Shown here piece after piece: positions 1-12,995 of a stretch of 64,000 nucleotides of DNA. The DNA is taken from assembly GCA_011109175.1 (NCBI GenBank), contig RDEW01000015.1, forward strand, positions 832,868-896,867, given 5' to 3'. The stretch's first letter is position 1, and each line of letters opens with the position of its first letter. Under the pieces are notes generated by a model. The model saw nothing but the letters and a program-made list of their open reading frames with translations, did no database searches and was not told the DNA's origin. This DNA is from Dicyema japonicum. Taxonomy: Eukaryota; Animalia; Dicyemida. Both the position numbers and the translations under genes were made by a program.

Positions 1-60
1 ATCATAATATTTAGAGTTAGTGTGATTTTTGATTTTGCTTTTCAGAAACTAGCAGTCCAA

Positions 61-240
61 TTTTTTGTACAATGTTGATAAGTGCCATTCTCATATCGTC
101 TTCCACCTTACAGGGTTTTCAATTCAAAGTGAGAACTTGTTCACATCAAATTTTTGGTACAATGTTGGTAAGTGCCATTCTCATATCGTCTTCCACCTTA
201 CAGGGTTTTCAATTCAAAGTGAGAACTTGTTCACATCAAA
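61..240. repeat. Tandem duplication of a 90-bp unit (2 copies), overlapping the left end of the Tc1-like element
   Basis: 61-150 and 151-240 are near-identical (2 substitutions seen). Confidence 0.9.
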
Positions 241-1512
241 GTGAGAATCATTCACATCAAAGTGAGAATTTCTTTTATGTAAAATGATTTGCAATCATCT
301 TGTGAAATGTCTTGACTGTATTTTCTATTCCAAAGAAAAGCATTTCTTCGCTTGTTGGCTTTAGATTTTTCAGTATTTTTTCCACTTAAAGAACATATTC
401 TCAATAGGATTCAAAAAAGGGGAATAAGGAGGCAATAATTTCAGTTGGTTATTGTTTTGATCAAAATTTTCCTTTATCAAAGCACTTTTATGAAATGGAG
501 CATTATTGCAGATCACCACAATATTTTGTAAATTTTTTTCATTTACCAAATATTGGAAAAGATCATTTATATATCCCATGATACTTTCCGTGCTATATGG
601 CTTCATTGAAATTTTGTAAAATATGATCTCCGACTTTGACACTGCACAGCACACACTAATATTCCTTGATCTGATTAATTTAACCACTAGAGTGGGTGTT
701 TGGCCTTTTTTAGCTTTCCCGTAGTTGTTCCTCATTGATATATTGAATCCAACCTAAAGTTATGAAGTAATAAACGAACTTCATCCACAAAAAAATTGTT
801 TTCTAGAGTCTCCAATAAATAGATAACCAGTTTTTGCAGAGATACATAGGTTTTCGCTAATTGAGTTAGCTGTGGATCCATTGGACTACATATTTTTAAT
901 AAAACGCCTATTTTCATCAGACAAATTTCGGGACATTAACAATTACNAAATTTTGCTTTCTAGAGTAGTGGATAGTGTGCCAATAAATTCTTTGGCATAT
1001 TGTTTACGTAAAGCATCCACATCATTTGATATTCTTCGTTCTGGAAGAAGTTGAATTTTTTAAAAGAGTAGTTGAATCCTTCTAAATGATAATGGATCGC
1101 ATATGTTCCGATCGTTAAACCAAATTTAGCAAATATTTTCGAGGATATTTTTTACAAGAACAAGAAATATTACACGAATCCGATATTTCATTCTTATAAA
1201 CAGAGAAATTTCTTTAGTGATTTTTGTATTTCGAGGATCGCCCTGTGGATTACTTGCAATTTTCCCAATTTTTTTGAAGTCCCCAATAATTCGATAGACA
1301 GTTTTCGCAGGGATACATAGGTTTTCGCTAATTGACTTAGCTGTGGATCCATTGGAATACATATTAATAATAAAACGCCTATTTTCATCAGACAAATTTC
1401 GGGACATTAACAATTACGAAGATTAAATATTTGTAGTTACGAAGATTAAAATTTATTTAATGTCAATTTAAATAATTCTCACTTTGATGTGAATAATTCT
1501 CACATTGATGTG
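232..1512 (-). mobile_element. Tc1/IS630-like DNA transposon with a defective transposase
   Basis: 39-bp terminal inverted repeats at 232-270 and 1474-1512 (37/39), each built from two 21-bp direct repeats. Minus-strand ORFs give an HTH N-terminus (MSRNLSDENRRFIINMY), FFVDE, CNNAPFH (second Asp is Asn) and LPPYSPFLNPIE. The 5' part is re-duplicated at an N join (947). No TA TSD seen. Confidence 0.85.
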
Positions 1513-1560
1513 TGTCGCGTCCCGTGGTGGCGACGCGTCCCACACTGGTTACATGTCACC
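1513..1560 (+). mobile_element. Isolated terminus of the Ginger-like family
   Basis: tgtcgcgtcccgtggtggcgacgcgtcccacactggttacatgtcacc closely matches the reverse complement of 51606-51653. Confidence 0.7.
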
Positions 1561-2865
1561 TTTCAATCACTATCAGGTCACTATCAATTGTCATACTTAA
1601 TGTGGCTTTGATCATTTTTAATTGTGTCGGACATATAATATCTTTTGCCGTTATTCATAAATATTCATCATGTGCTCNAGAATCAATCCATTTGCAAATA
1701 ACCATTACAATCAAATAACAAAAAAACACGTGGAATAAAATTAATTAAATATTCTAATGCGAATAAATAATAAAAATTAAATAATTTTTTTAGTCATAAA
1801 AATTAATTGACCTAAAAATATTTCTGGGGACCACATTAAGAATCACTGATTTAGATGGTTGTTTTGAATTAAAGGCTTCCAAAATTTCGAAAAGTGACTT
1901 TTATATATTGGAAGTGCGACAGATATCGGTACGAACATCTAGCAAAGATGAGATGGCTGATTAAAGAGGCTGGCATCACCTGACGGCCGCGTATTCTATT
2001 TTAATTTGTCGGTGATTCTCGGTTTTAAAAAAATAATTATGGTGACAAAATCATCTTAGTGCCATGTGACTTCTTAATTGAAGATTTCTTTTTGTTTCTT
2101 CTGTTCCTCTTATTCTTTTTTCTAATTGGGTGAATTACTGTAATCCATCTGTCTCAGATGACCCCAATCTCAGGGTGGCACGAAATATGATCATTTACTG
2201 TTCTTCACTCTACTTGAGGGGTTCCCACAACAACAAATAATGGACGTCTTCTATCTTTTTGATGTACTTGTGTGACATTGGAAGGTTTTCGTTTTTGTGA
2301 CACTGGGAACTCGATACACTTAATTAGTTGCTGACTTCTTTCTCGGTGTATCATGGGTTAATAATAATTTAGAAATGGAGTTAAAATCTCATAAAAATTT
2401 GATTCCTGTTTATAGGTTCCATTTATTAACCCCGGGACCATCGAAAAAGAAAGACAAAAGAAATGTCAACTAGTTAGGTTATTCCCCAGTTTTCGAAACC
2501 AAACGTGCCATCTAAAGCCTGTGCGTCTCCATTGTTCCCACTACCGAACGGAAGTGCCTTCTTTGATCCTTGGAGAGGAAGTCAATTGGGGACGGAAATT
2601 TCTTTACCATCCGATTTTCTTTTGCGTGAGGCATTCTCATTGGTTCCAGTTACCATTTAATGGTATAATTTTGTATTTCAACACGCTTATTTTATTTTTG
2701 ATAATAAAACGTTAGGTTTTGCCAAAATAATACGAAACTCTCTAGGACATTTAGCAATAGAGTATATATTTAACTTTCTACCGAGATACTTTTAAATCAA
2801 GCTTTTCAAACGGGCGGCCCAAAAAAGATTGTTATAGAGTGAGGCTGACTGCGTCATTAAAATGA

Positions 2866-4000
2866 GACCACCAGAGAAAAGCAAAGGATTTCTCTTAATG
2901 GGGTAAAATTGACAGGCCGTGGTTATGAGCGCTCTACATGCTCTCTTCTTATGGGAAAGCGGTAGATACCTTGTCTTGGACGCCACCTGTGTAGAGAGTT
3001 TCTCTCCCTCCAACCTTGTTATGACATCAACTAACCCAGGCTCTGCTTCGAAGAATGCTGAGACCCTAAAGATCAATATTAGGTATGGTGGATAGTTCAT
3101 TTTTGAATCAGTCGCCATGGANAAGCAGAGGATTTCTCTCAATGGGGTAAAATTGACAGGCTGTGGTTATGAGCGTTCTACATGGTCTCTTCTCATGGGA
3201 AAGCGGTAGATACCTTGTCTTGGACGCCACCTGTGTAGAGAGTTTCTCTCCCTCCAACCTTGTTATGACATCAACTAACCAAGGCTCTGCTTCGAAGAAT
3301 GCTGAGACCCTAAAGATCAATATCAGGTATGGTGGATAGTTCATTTTTGAATCAGTCGCCATGGAAACGTTAGGAATCATAAGAAGTAGGTTACTGGTTC
3401 TGCTAAACAAAATCGCATCGCTCATCGCGGAGAAGAAAAATGATAAGAGATAAAAGGGCTAGCTTATTGAACGCATTTCCTTACAAATCTTCAGAAAAAA
3501 TGCGTTCTCAATTATGAGAGCTCCCAGTAGTTGTTAACTGTTAGTTTTTGAATTAAGTTTTAAACGGATACAATTGACGAAGAAGTGAATGCATTCAGTC
3601 AAACACTGCTTTGGGCGAAAATGCTGATAGAATGCATACTCCATGATTAAAGTCGCTTGTTTCCAAAAGGGCAGATTGTATGATATTGTAATGTATATTG
3701 GTCCAGTTCTTCAATTTGAGTAGATTATAGGGAGTTTCCTCATAGGCGTCGACCAACTCCCCAACACATCCAGAGCCGATTTGTAGTAATCAGGAAAAAT
3801 ACTCTGGATGAGAATGCCGCCAAAGGATCCGAAAACTTTAAGATTAGAAAATATGACACCTTCTCTAGCTGATTTCATGCGCAGACCGTTGTTGTCGAGA
3901 CGAATGGAGCCTTTGGACCCAAGATGGTCCTATTCTTAACATTGATTCCAAAATGAATGGGGATCGTCGGGAAATGCAATGATATTCCAAAACATTTCTC
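2866..4000 (+). mobile_element. CRE-clade non-LTR 3' remnants (restriction-like endonuclease, REL)
   Basis: + strand reads YLVLDATCVESFSPSNL..AETLK..FESVAMETLG, duplicated across the N at 3122. A second decayed copy near 3810-3990 reads KIRKYD..VVETNGAFGP. Confidence 0.75.
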
Positions 4001-4299
4001 TGATAGTATTAAATTTATTTAATAAATTAAGAAAAATCAACTGAGGGTCACAAGGTAGCTGTCCTGATTACGTGGCTATTCTCTCTTAGGATTGCGGGGA
4101 AATTTACTCAAGGTTGCCAGAAGCAACAACATTCACTTCTCTCAGCTGGGAAAATGTCATAGTCCTATTAACTCAATCTTGTTAACTTTATATAATAATT
4201 GATTAACATTGACAAAAAAATATTTAAATTGACTTCGGGCTCGCGATCATGAGGTAGCTCTCATTGCATGCTTAATGCCTGCAGACCATAATGGGAAGG

Positions 4300-4720
4300 A
4301 TCTTTGGGGATCCTGATCAGGAGTCTTCGTGTGTGTGTCAGATTTAAATCAATTAAAGTACTTAATGATGATCCACTGGANCCTGATCAGGAGTCTTTGT
4401 GTGTTTAAATCAATTAAAGTACTTAATGATGATCCACTGGAACATGTCCTGAAGGGTAGTGTAGAGTCGAGGATGTCGTATTCGGAAATAATAGCCAGGG
4501 CTCTTTTAGTTATTCCAACAAAAAACATGTAGAAATCACTCGAAATGGCTGTGCAGGGAGCAACTATTTTCTTTTTTTTCATATGTTGCATTTTTGAAGA
4601 TCTTATCTTTTTTTGCAGTTTGCTGCATCTTCTATCTGATTTTTCTTTCTTTCTATTGTTTCTTTTTTACACTACAACAAGTGCAGTTCGTAACATTTAT
4701 GTGTCCAAGATAATCGATGT
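4300..4720 (-). mobile_element. CRE-clade 5' remnant with degenerate PHD region, head-to-head with the next element
   Basis: Minus strand reads GITKRALAIISEYD..LTHTRRLLIRIPK, homologous to the + strand ORF at 5074. Confidence 0.65.
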
Positions 4721-4915
4721 TTGCTTCTCATAGTTTTGGAACCTGTACGTGTGCTTTCAGAGTCAACTAATAAGTTCCTAGAACGAGAATTTATTTTATT
4801 AACCGTGAAATCACGAGAAAAAGGATAAAAGTTATCGTCTAATTAAGTGATCCCGGTGTCCATACCAGTCCTTTTCCTGCGGTTAGTTTTGGAGTCCTGG
4901 ATTAATCTCCACAGC

Positions 4916-7690
4916 GGGGAAGGTTTCTTCTCATATCTCGGACAGGCGTCCATATATAGTTTGATGTGTTTACACGTTGTGTCGGTCTGTTGTCGTTGTG
5001 TTGCTAAGAGAAGAGAAAAAGGAGAGGGGAAGGTTTCTTCTCATATCTCGGACAGGCGTCCATATATAGTTTAATGTGTTTACACGTTGTGTCGGTCTGT
5101 TGTCGTTGTGTTGCTAAGAGAAGAGAAAAAGGAGAGTGTAAGAAAGAAAAATCAGAAAATAATATGAAGAAAACTGCAAATGAAAATGAGATCTGCACAA
5201 AGTGCAACATAATGAACAACATAAAGCGAATGATCCATTGCACAGCATGTTCGTATGGCTTCCACATGTCCTGTGCCGGAATGACTAAAAGAGAGTTGGC
5301 TGCCATTTCCGATTGGCACTGTTGGTCTTGTCTCCTACTAGATAATACGACAAACTCTTCCCTACGCTACCTTTCTGAACATGTTTCACTAGACCATCAA
5401 GAAATACTTGAATTGATATCTAACCTGACACACACACGAAGACTCCTGATTAGGATCCCCAAAGCTGCCCGTATATCTGTCGCGGACGGCCTATGTGAGT
5501 GTATTGAAAGGGNAAAGAGAGTTGGCTGCCATTTCCGATTGGCACTGTTGGTCTTGTCTCCTACTAGATAATACGACAAACTCTTCCCTACGCTACCTTT
5601 CTGAACATGATCCACTAGACCATCAGGAAATACTTGAATTGATATCTAACCTGACACACACACGAAGACTCCTGATTAGGATCCCCAAAGCTTCCCGTAT
5701 ATCTGTCGCGGACTGCCAATGTGAGTGTATTGAAAGGGCAGTTTTTTCGGACGACTCTGATGATTGGGTACAATTATTTTGCTTCGCTCCATTCACACTA
5801 TGCATACNCTAACCTGACACACACACACGAAGACTCCTGATTAGGATCTCCAAAGCTGCCCGTATATCTGTCGCGGACTGCCTATGTGAGTGTATTGAAA
5901 GGGCAGTTTTTTCGGACGACTCTGATGATTGGGTACAATTATTTTGCTTCGCTCCATTCACATTATGCATACCCCATAGGAGGAGGAAAGAAGAGAAATC
6001 ACTTACGTCATTAGTAAAGGAGAATGTCCACACATTCTTCTCAAGGAACCTATTGGCAGACTCAGAAAAGCTCACTTACAAATTTCAAAACCATGAGAAG
6101 CCAACATCGACTATCTCGGACATTCAGAGATTAAGAAGTGCGATCCGTCGAAAACTTTCGGNNNNNNNNNNNNNNNNNNNNNNNNNNNNNNNNNNNNNNN
6201 NNNNNNNNNNNNNNNNNNNNNNNNNNNNNNNNNNNNNNNNNNNNNNNNNNNNNNNNNNNNNNNNNNNNNNNNNNNNNNNNNNNNNNNNNNNNNNNNNNNN
6301 NNNNNNNNNNNNNNNNNNNNNNNNNNNNNNNNNNNNNNNNNNNNNNNNNNNNNNNNNNNNNNNNNNNNNNNNNNNNNNNNNNNNNNNNNNNNNNNNNNNN
6401 NNNNNNNNNNNNNNNNNNNNNNNNNNNNNNNNNNNNNNNNNNNNNNNNNNNNNNNNNNNNNNNNNNNNNNNNNNNNNNNNNNNNNNNNNNNNNNNNNNNN
6501 NNNNNNNNNNNNNNNNNNNNNNNNNNNNNNNNNNNNNNNNNNNNNNNNNNNNNNNNNNNNNNNNNNNNNNNNNNNNNNNNNNNNNNNNNNNNNNNNNNNN
6601 NNNNNNNNNNNNNNNNNNNNNNNNNNNNNNNNNNNNNNNNNNNNNNNNNNNNNNNNNNNNNNNNNNNNNNNNNNNNNNNNNNNNNNNNNNNNNNNNNNNN
6701 NNNNNNNNNNNNNNNNNNNNNNNNNNNNNNNNNNNNNNNNNNNNNNNNNNNNNNNNNNNNNNNNNNNNNNNNNNNNNNNNNNNNNNNNNNNNNNNNNNNN
6801 NNNNNNNNNNNNNNNNNNNNNNCACCCTGCTACTTAAAAATGCCGCATCGGCATCTCCACCAGACTTGGACTGGAGATTTGCCGGATCCACGAATGCCAA
6901 TGTAGCGCAACCGTCGATTGTTGTGGACTCCAAGTCCTCTCTTGTCGAGGAAATGCAGGACGAATCCCAAGACACAAGGCGATCAACGGAATTGTCAAGC
7001 GAGCCCTGGAGTCTGTGGGATACCCAGCCATACTAGAACCTGTTGGCCTGGACAGAGGAGACGGAAAACGTCTCGACGAGATCACAATTTTTCCATTCGA
7101 AGAGGGGAAACCTTTGGTCTGGGACGCTACTTGTGTCGACACTCTTTGCCCGTCCAACATTGTCGGGAGCGCGGTAGACACACTGTATTCCGCGGAAAAA
7201 ACGATGAGGGCAAAGGGGAAGAAATACGATGCGCTACGCGACCGATTCGCGTTTTATCCGATAGTGGTCGAGACAACTGGAGGAATAAGTGGAAAATCGC
7301 TTCGTTTTCTAAAGAAACTTGGACGCTTAGCTACACTAAAAAGCCACGCCGCACGTGAGACCCGGTGGCTACTCCAGTTAATCTTTGTTGTAATCGTGAG
7401 AAGCAACGCAACGTCGATAATGTCGGCGGGGTCCACTTTGGGTGGNAATAAAAATGCCTTTAACTCGATACGACGTGATACAATTCTGAAGGATTGCTTC
7501 ACATACTACCCATCAATGTACAGCTATATTCATAGCTCGTACGGAAAACCATCCAGTCTGGTACACGGCAAATATTACAAAGCCACGACGCACGTGAGAC
7601 TAGGTGGCTACTCCAGTTAATCTTTGTTGTAATCGTGAGAAGCAACGCAACGTCGATAATGTCGGCGAAGTCCACTTTGGATGGATGACA
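4916..7690 (+). mobile_element. CRE-clade non-LTR retrotransposon (PHD finger ... REL); RT region lies in or near the N gap
   Basis: Complete C4HC3 PHD (CTKC..CTAC..FHMSC..WHCWSC), then RRLLIRIPK. REL: GDGKRLDEITIFPFEEGKPLVWDATCVDT..KY..PIVVETTGG. A 110-bp tandem duplication lies upstream (4916-5135). Internal re-duplications sit at N joins 5513, 5808 and 7446. Confidence 0.85.
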
Positions 7691-7797
7691 GTTTTAAATA
7701 AAAGAATAAATTTGTGTTTAAATAAACAATGTATAATTCAATTGAAAGTTTCGACGGAAATGGGATTTTAGTAGAAAGATGTTTGCAATCGGTTTGT

Positions 7798-8840
7798 CAA
7801 AACGAACTACGTACACTTTTATCATCAATATTATGCCAATATGACGATATACGGGATGCAGGATGAGATAATTACTTATATGAGCTCGGATTTTGGGTCG
7901 CAGGATGATAGTTCAAATTGTGGCAGGAATTTTGCTACAAGAAGCCTCAACAAAAATATTCTTTTTATGTTTGTTGAGCCAAANNNNNNNNNNNNNNNNN
8001 NNNNNNNNNNNNNNCAAAACGAACTACGTACACTTTTATCATCAATATTATGCCAATATGACGATATACGGGATGCAGGATGAGATAATTGCTTATATGA
8101 GCTCGGATTTTGGGTCGCAGGATGATAGTTCAAATTGTGGCAGGAATTTTGCTACAAGAAGCCTCAACAAAAATATTCTTTTTATGTTCGGTGAGCCAAA
8201 ATGCTGTGTATTTTAATACTTCACCTTAGAATTTTGCCACTATTGGGTTTAACTATTCTATTTTGTTTTCTTGAAGCCAAATTTAGAGATTGTTAATAAT
8301 TTAAAGACCAGGGTTCTGATGACATAGGACAATAACTAATAAATGTTTTGGCGAACTTAACAAATTTTCAAAATTGGACCATTTACTAAATGAGGATTGC
8401 ATTAAATATAATTACTAATTCTTTCTTTACCCAAGTAAATAACAGCCTGGGAATCCAATGGGACGGCACTAACTACTAGCCTTCTTTTTATCCTGTTAGT
8501 CGCACAATTGGATTATTGCGNCTGTGTATTTCAATACTTCACTTTATAATTTTGCCACTATTGGGTTTAACTACTCTATTTTGTTTTCTTGAAGCCAAAT
8601 TTAGAGATTGTTAATGATTTCAAGACCAGGGTTCTGATGACATAGGACAATAACTAATAAATTTTTTGGCGAACTTAACAAATTTTCAAAATTGGACCAT
8701 TTACTAAATGAAGATTACATTAAAAATAATTACTAATTCTTTCTTTACCCAAGTAAATAACAGCCTGGGAATCCAATGGGACGGCACTAACTACTAGCCT
8801 TCTTTTTATCCTGTTAGTCGCACAATAGGATTATTGCGAA
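7798..8840. repeat. Two local duplications (about 186 bp and 320 bp), each centred on an N join
   Basis: 7798-7983 is repeated at 8015-8200 across a 31-N gap; about 8203-8520 is repeated at 8522-8840 across a single N. Confidence 0.8.
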
Positions 8841-9639
8841 TACCATAAGCTTTCGAATTTTGTATATTACAAGTCTAAGAGGGATATTTGGCTTAACAAA
8901 GTTGCTATTTTGACAATCATAGAATCATTAACTATCACTATACACGTGGGTACTTTGTGCAATCAGGTACACCAGTAAGCTAACCTATCGGTTGATAATC
9001 TTATATTGACAAGTTTATAAACAACAAAATCAAAATTTAAATCACAGAAACAAATATCAAACCTCATCTTCTTCAATGCCAACATCCTCCTAAAATAAAC
9101 CAATTATTGTAACCCTAAACTGTTTCCTTGATGAGCAATCTGGACAATTATCAGCAATACAATCGACAATTTCATTGCACTTTACGTTACACTAAACCTT
9201 ACCAATTTCCTCCGTTCTTCAACAGTCGTAAGATCATCATCTTTCTCCCACAAGCTAAAACTCAATTTAACACAGACTCTCTTTCTCATTCTTGTCTACC
9301 AAAACTCGAGTTTCACGCAGACCTTCCAACCTCTCGTTATATTTCAGACGCTGGGATCTCTACAAACTAATCAACCATATCATTCAAAAAGAAAATAGTT
9401 TCCTTTAAAAATTCCGTGGACAATGAAGAATTCAAAACAGCCACTTCTGCTGTTATAAAAGTATTAAGACCAGTTTCCTGATCGGTAGTAGACTTTTTAA
9501 GTGAGTCCAGTTTATAGCTGAGATTATCGAAGTCTTCTTGTGTTAATTTATCCTCAGATTCATCGTAGGTAGGCAAATTGTTCTAAAGTCTTACTGATGA
9601 TTACTTTTTTTAAGCACTCCCTGGAAATCAAAAATTAAT

Positions 9640-10120
9640 TAGATTAATTAAGTTCCCCTTGTGCCACGTCCAGTATCCTTCCACACATCCTCTTCCATGT
9701 TCCCCTGTTCCGGGCCATTGCTCGTAGTGAGTCAAGATCTTCACCATTTCGTAGAGTTTTGTTTATTCGGATTAGGTCATCATTTAGTACTGAAGGCAAC
9801 GTCACTCTAGGCCTGCCACGGAATGATCCCTTCAGTTGTGCGAAATAGTTCTCCATTGCAATGTTTGGTGGAGTCAACATATCCATTCGTAAGATGTGAC
9901 CAAAAAGTCTCCACCTAGCCTAGAGAATCTCCTCTGCCTTAAGCCACATCTTTTGTACAGTTCTGAATTTGATATCTTTTTCGGGAAATGTATTCTCAAG
10001 ATGTTTCTTAGTTGATTTCTATAAAATTGATCCAGATTGTCCATTTCCCGTTTCGTAATCCCCCATGTCCCACAGTTGTATGTCAGGACTGGAATTACGA
10101 ATGTTTTATACAATTTTAGA
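9640..10120 (-). mobile_element. RTE-clade LINE 3' fragment
   Basis: YKTFVIPVLTYNCGTW..RWRLFGHILRM..RGRPRVTLP, typical of the RTE post-RT C-terminus. Confidence 0.85.
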
Positions 10121-10394
10121 TGATTACTTGGTTTATGGAATAAATCTTCTGCTTATCATAAACCTTCTCTATTAACTTAGAAGAAGCTGAAGGATCAGTT
10201 AGAACCTTGGTCACGACCTAAGATTTTGATAGTTTAAGTACAGCTTTACTGTAGTCATTGTGGAGATTTCTCTGTATGTCATTGAGGATAATTCTAAGTT
10301 AATAGAGAAGATTTCTCTGTATGTCATGAGATCATCCGCATACAATAAAGAGAACGAGAATATTTTTCATTATTATCATTATAAGCACTTATCG

Positions 10395-12836
10395 CTATGT
10401 CATAGGACTTGACAAAGCATGTGCAACACGAGTTAGGAAATCACTGGTTAGTTTCATCCACTTCCTCCTATTCAAAGCCGCAGTGCGCAACCAGTCAAGA
10501 TCCTCTCCACTTCCAAGATGGCGTCCCATTTCTTTGATGTCCTCGTCGAGAACGACTGGCAGTGTCGTCCTTGGGCGACCATGGAAACGGGGAGCCTCCA
10601 ACATGGAGTAATCCTCCATGGCTACGTTCGCGGGTGGCATCTAGGTCCAGTCGCAGAATATGGCCGAAAAGCCTCCATCGTGTATCCAGAATCTCATTAG
10701 AAATTTCTGAGGTCTTCGTCCTCTTATAAAAAGATTAGATGACATCCTCGTATCACTTCTTTCGAACATCATATGCCGTAGTTGGTCTCTATGAAACGCA
10801 TTAAGCCTCTTCAGTTCATTTCTTGAGCAGGCCCAGGTACCAGCGATATACAGTAGTATGGGTTTCTCTAGCGAGTTGTATAATCGAGTTTTTGTTGTAA
10901 TGTCAAGACCCTTTTTGTGGAGCCAGGTGTTCTTCAATCTGGAGAGGGCAGTTTGTGCCAGGGTTTTCCTTCTTGTAATTTCTTCATGGTCTCCTAGGAG
11001 GGAGCCAAGCTTTTTGTACTTGCGCCAGTACTCCTCCGTCCTTGTTTCTTCCCTCTTGAGTTCATTTACCTCAGTCTTGTCCGGATTTACTGTTAGGAAC
11101 CATTCGGCTAGTCTTCCAGGCACTTCCTCCATCAAGCGGGTGAGCGGTATTTTGTCGTTTGTAATAAAGTCTACGTCGTCAGCGTACGCAATAATGTTTG
11201 TCTTTTCACCCAGTATTGGTTTTAACTCCCGTAAAGCTGCTTCAAGGTATATTTGAAGAATTCACCACCGAGTTCGTCGGGGCCCTGTTGTTTTTCAATT
11301 TGGAACTCGCAAGTTCAACTTCATATGGTGTGATTTCCTCGTCTAATTTCCCTCGTTCTAGGATGATAGTGTCGTTCCTTGGATTGAAAAGTTTTCCAAA
11401 GTGGGCAGAGATAATTTCCGCCACTTCCCTTTCGTCCAGTATCTGCGTTCCTTTGTCATCTCTTATCATTATCGGTTGATGGGGTCTCTTTCCTTTCATC
11501 TGTTTCACAGCCTCGTAGAATCTAGCGTTGTCTTGAGATTCTATCTTTTCAATCTGATCCAGTGCTCTATTTCTGTTATGCTGGCGTATAGTTTTTCTTA
11601 TTTTTCTTTGATAGTTTTTCTTATTTTGCTTTGATAGTTTTTCTTTCTAGCCGCAATTTTGATTTTACGTTCGAATCGTCAGTATTTTGATATAGCATCC
11701 ATATGGTCTTCTGTTTATTGGCAAGGTTCTTCAACGTGTAAATTTCATTGTGCGATGGGATTTTCTCATTTTCTTTCAATAGATGCAGATTGGCTCCTTT
11801 ATGTATTGACTGCTTTACAAAATCTCAGGATTTTCCGGGCGGCAAATATGTAGGCATGTTTTCTAGTTCTGCATCTAGATATTCTTTGAATGCTAGGGCC
11901 CCTTCTGATTGACTGATTAAGGATTCCAAATTATAACGTCTAGAGTTGGGTTCTGTGGTTCCAATGTGTTTCCATTTCGTTCTTGTAGTGCCATAAATCT
12001 CTTTAGAGAAAGTCTAGCAATAACTATTTTGTAGTTGCTGTCGATAATCGATCCACCATAAGCTCGTGCATCAAGTATAATTCCTCGATCTTTTTGCCTG
12101 AATATGATATAGTCGATCTGGTTGTACATATTTATCACTCGCCCTTCGGGATTTGTTCTATATCCCGACCACGTAGATTTATGTCTGGATGGATGCATGA
12201 AGCTGTATTGCATAAAAATAGGTTGTTCGTTTGACAGAAGTTAGCTAGTAGAGTTCCCGGGAGATTTCTTTTCCCCCTACCATGCCTTCCCATGAATGTC
12301 TCATCGGTCGTAATTTGGGTGCCAGCTTTCGCATTTAGGTCTCCTGCGATCATTACTAATGTTGAGAGAGCATACTTTGAGAAGACGGCAGAAAGACTGG
12401 TGTAAAAGTCATCAATCTCCTCAGGGTTTTTATTAAGCCATCCACTGTGAGGGGCGTAAACGTTTATTATAGTTAGATATTTCTTCGACGGGTTGAGGTC
12501 ATTCAGTTTCAATTGCAACACCCCGATTCTATCATTCACACTGTAATATCGGCAGACTCTCTTGGATAGATCATTCCTGACGGCAAATCCTAGCCCATAG
12601 TGCTTGTTTCCACCTGGAAAGAAGATTAGTCGAAAGTTCCCATGTTGTTCTTCGATCTCGTTTATAAGTTTGGTCTCCTGAAGGCAGGCGATTGAAATCT
12701 TGTATTTTGAAAGATCCTCGACCAGTTCCTTCCGTTTCCAAACTCTAGAGAGTCCTCTGACGTTAAACGTGAGAAGGGAGAAGTCCATTGGCTTGATACT
12801 GTGTTTTCCAGACATTGAGTTCAAGAGCCAGCTCAA
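10395..12836 (-). mobile_element. RTE-clade LINE (APE endonuclease plus RT) with an internal RT deletion
   Basis: APE: TFNVRGL..ACLQETK..INVYAPH..IAGDLNAK. RT: AYADDVDF..TVNPDKTE..YKKLGSLL. C-terminus: GRPRTTLP. The sequence jumps from GPDELGGEFFKY straight to YLEAALRE near 11250, so most central RT motifs are missing. Confidence 0.9.
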
Positions 12837-12995
12837 CCAAAAAGAATATTTTTCATGTAATCATTAAAAAAAATAAACTATGATGATTTTATTCTGTAAT
12901 TAATTTGATTTTTAAATTAATTAAAATATATATTATTTTTGATTTAAAATAAACAATAAAATTCTAATTTTTGAATTTTTAAAAGTTGCCTGTGA

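Noticed and set aside
213-270. 21-bp periodic repeats (cacatcaaagtgagaat) resembling a mini-array
   Set aside because: There are no unique spacers; they are internal repeats of the Tc1-like TIR and are mirrored at 1474-1512. Not CRISPR.
6053-7036. Long ORFs of 255-327 aa in three frames
   Set aside because: They are open only because they cross the gap of about 660 N.
7840-8500. Weak MFS/SLC22-like motif (AY..SDF-GRR..IVAGILL)
   Set aside because: It needs a frameshift, sits in N-joined duplicated sequence, and I could not build a consistent exon chain.
826-8840. Many near-identical local duplications (Tc1 5' end, CRE REL, PHD region, 7.8-8.8 kb blocks) suggesting tandem amplification
   Set aside because: Most restart exactly at a single N or an N run (947, 3122, 4381, 5513, 5808, 7446, 7984-8014, 8521). 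This is the signature of unmerged contig or haplotype overlaps.
9367-9576. Coiled-coil-like ORF upstream of nothing recognisable (possible LINE ORF1)
   Set aside because: Too short and generic to assign.
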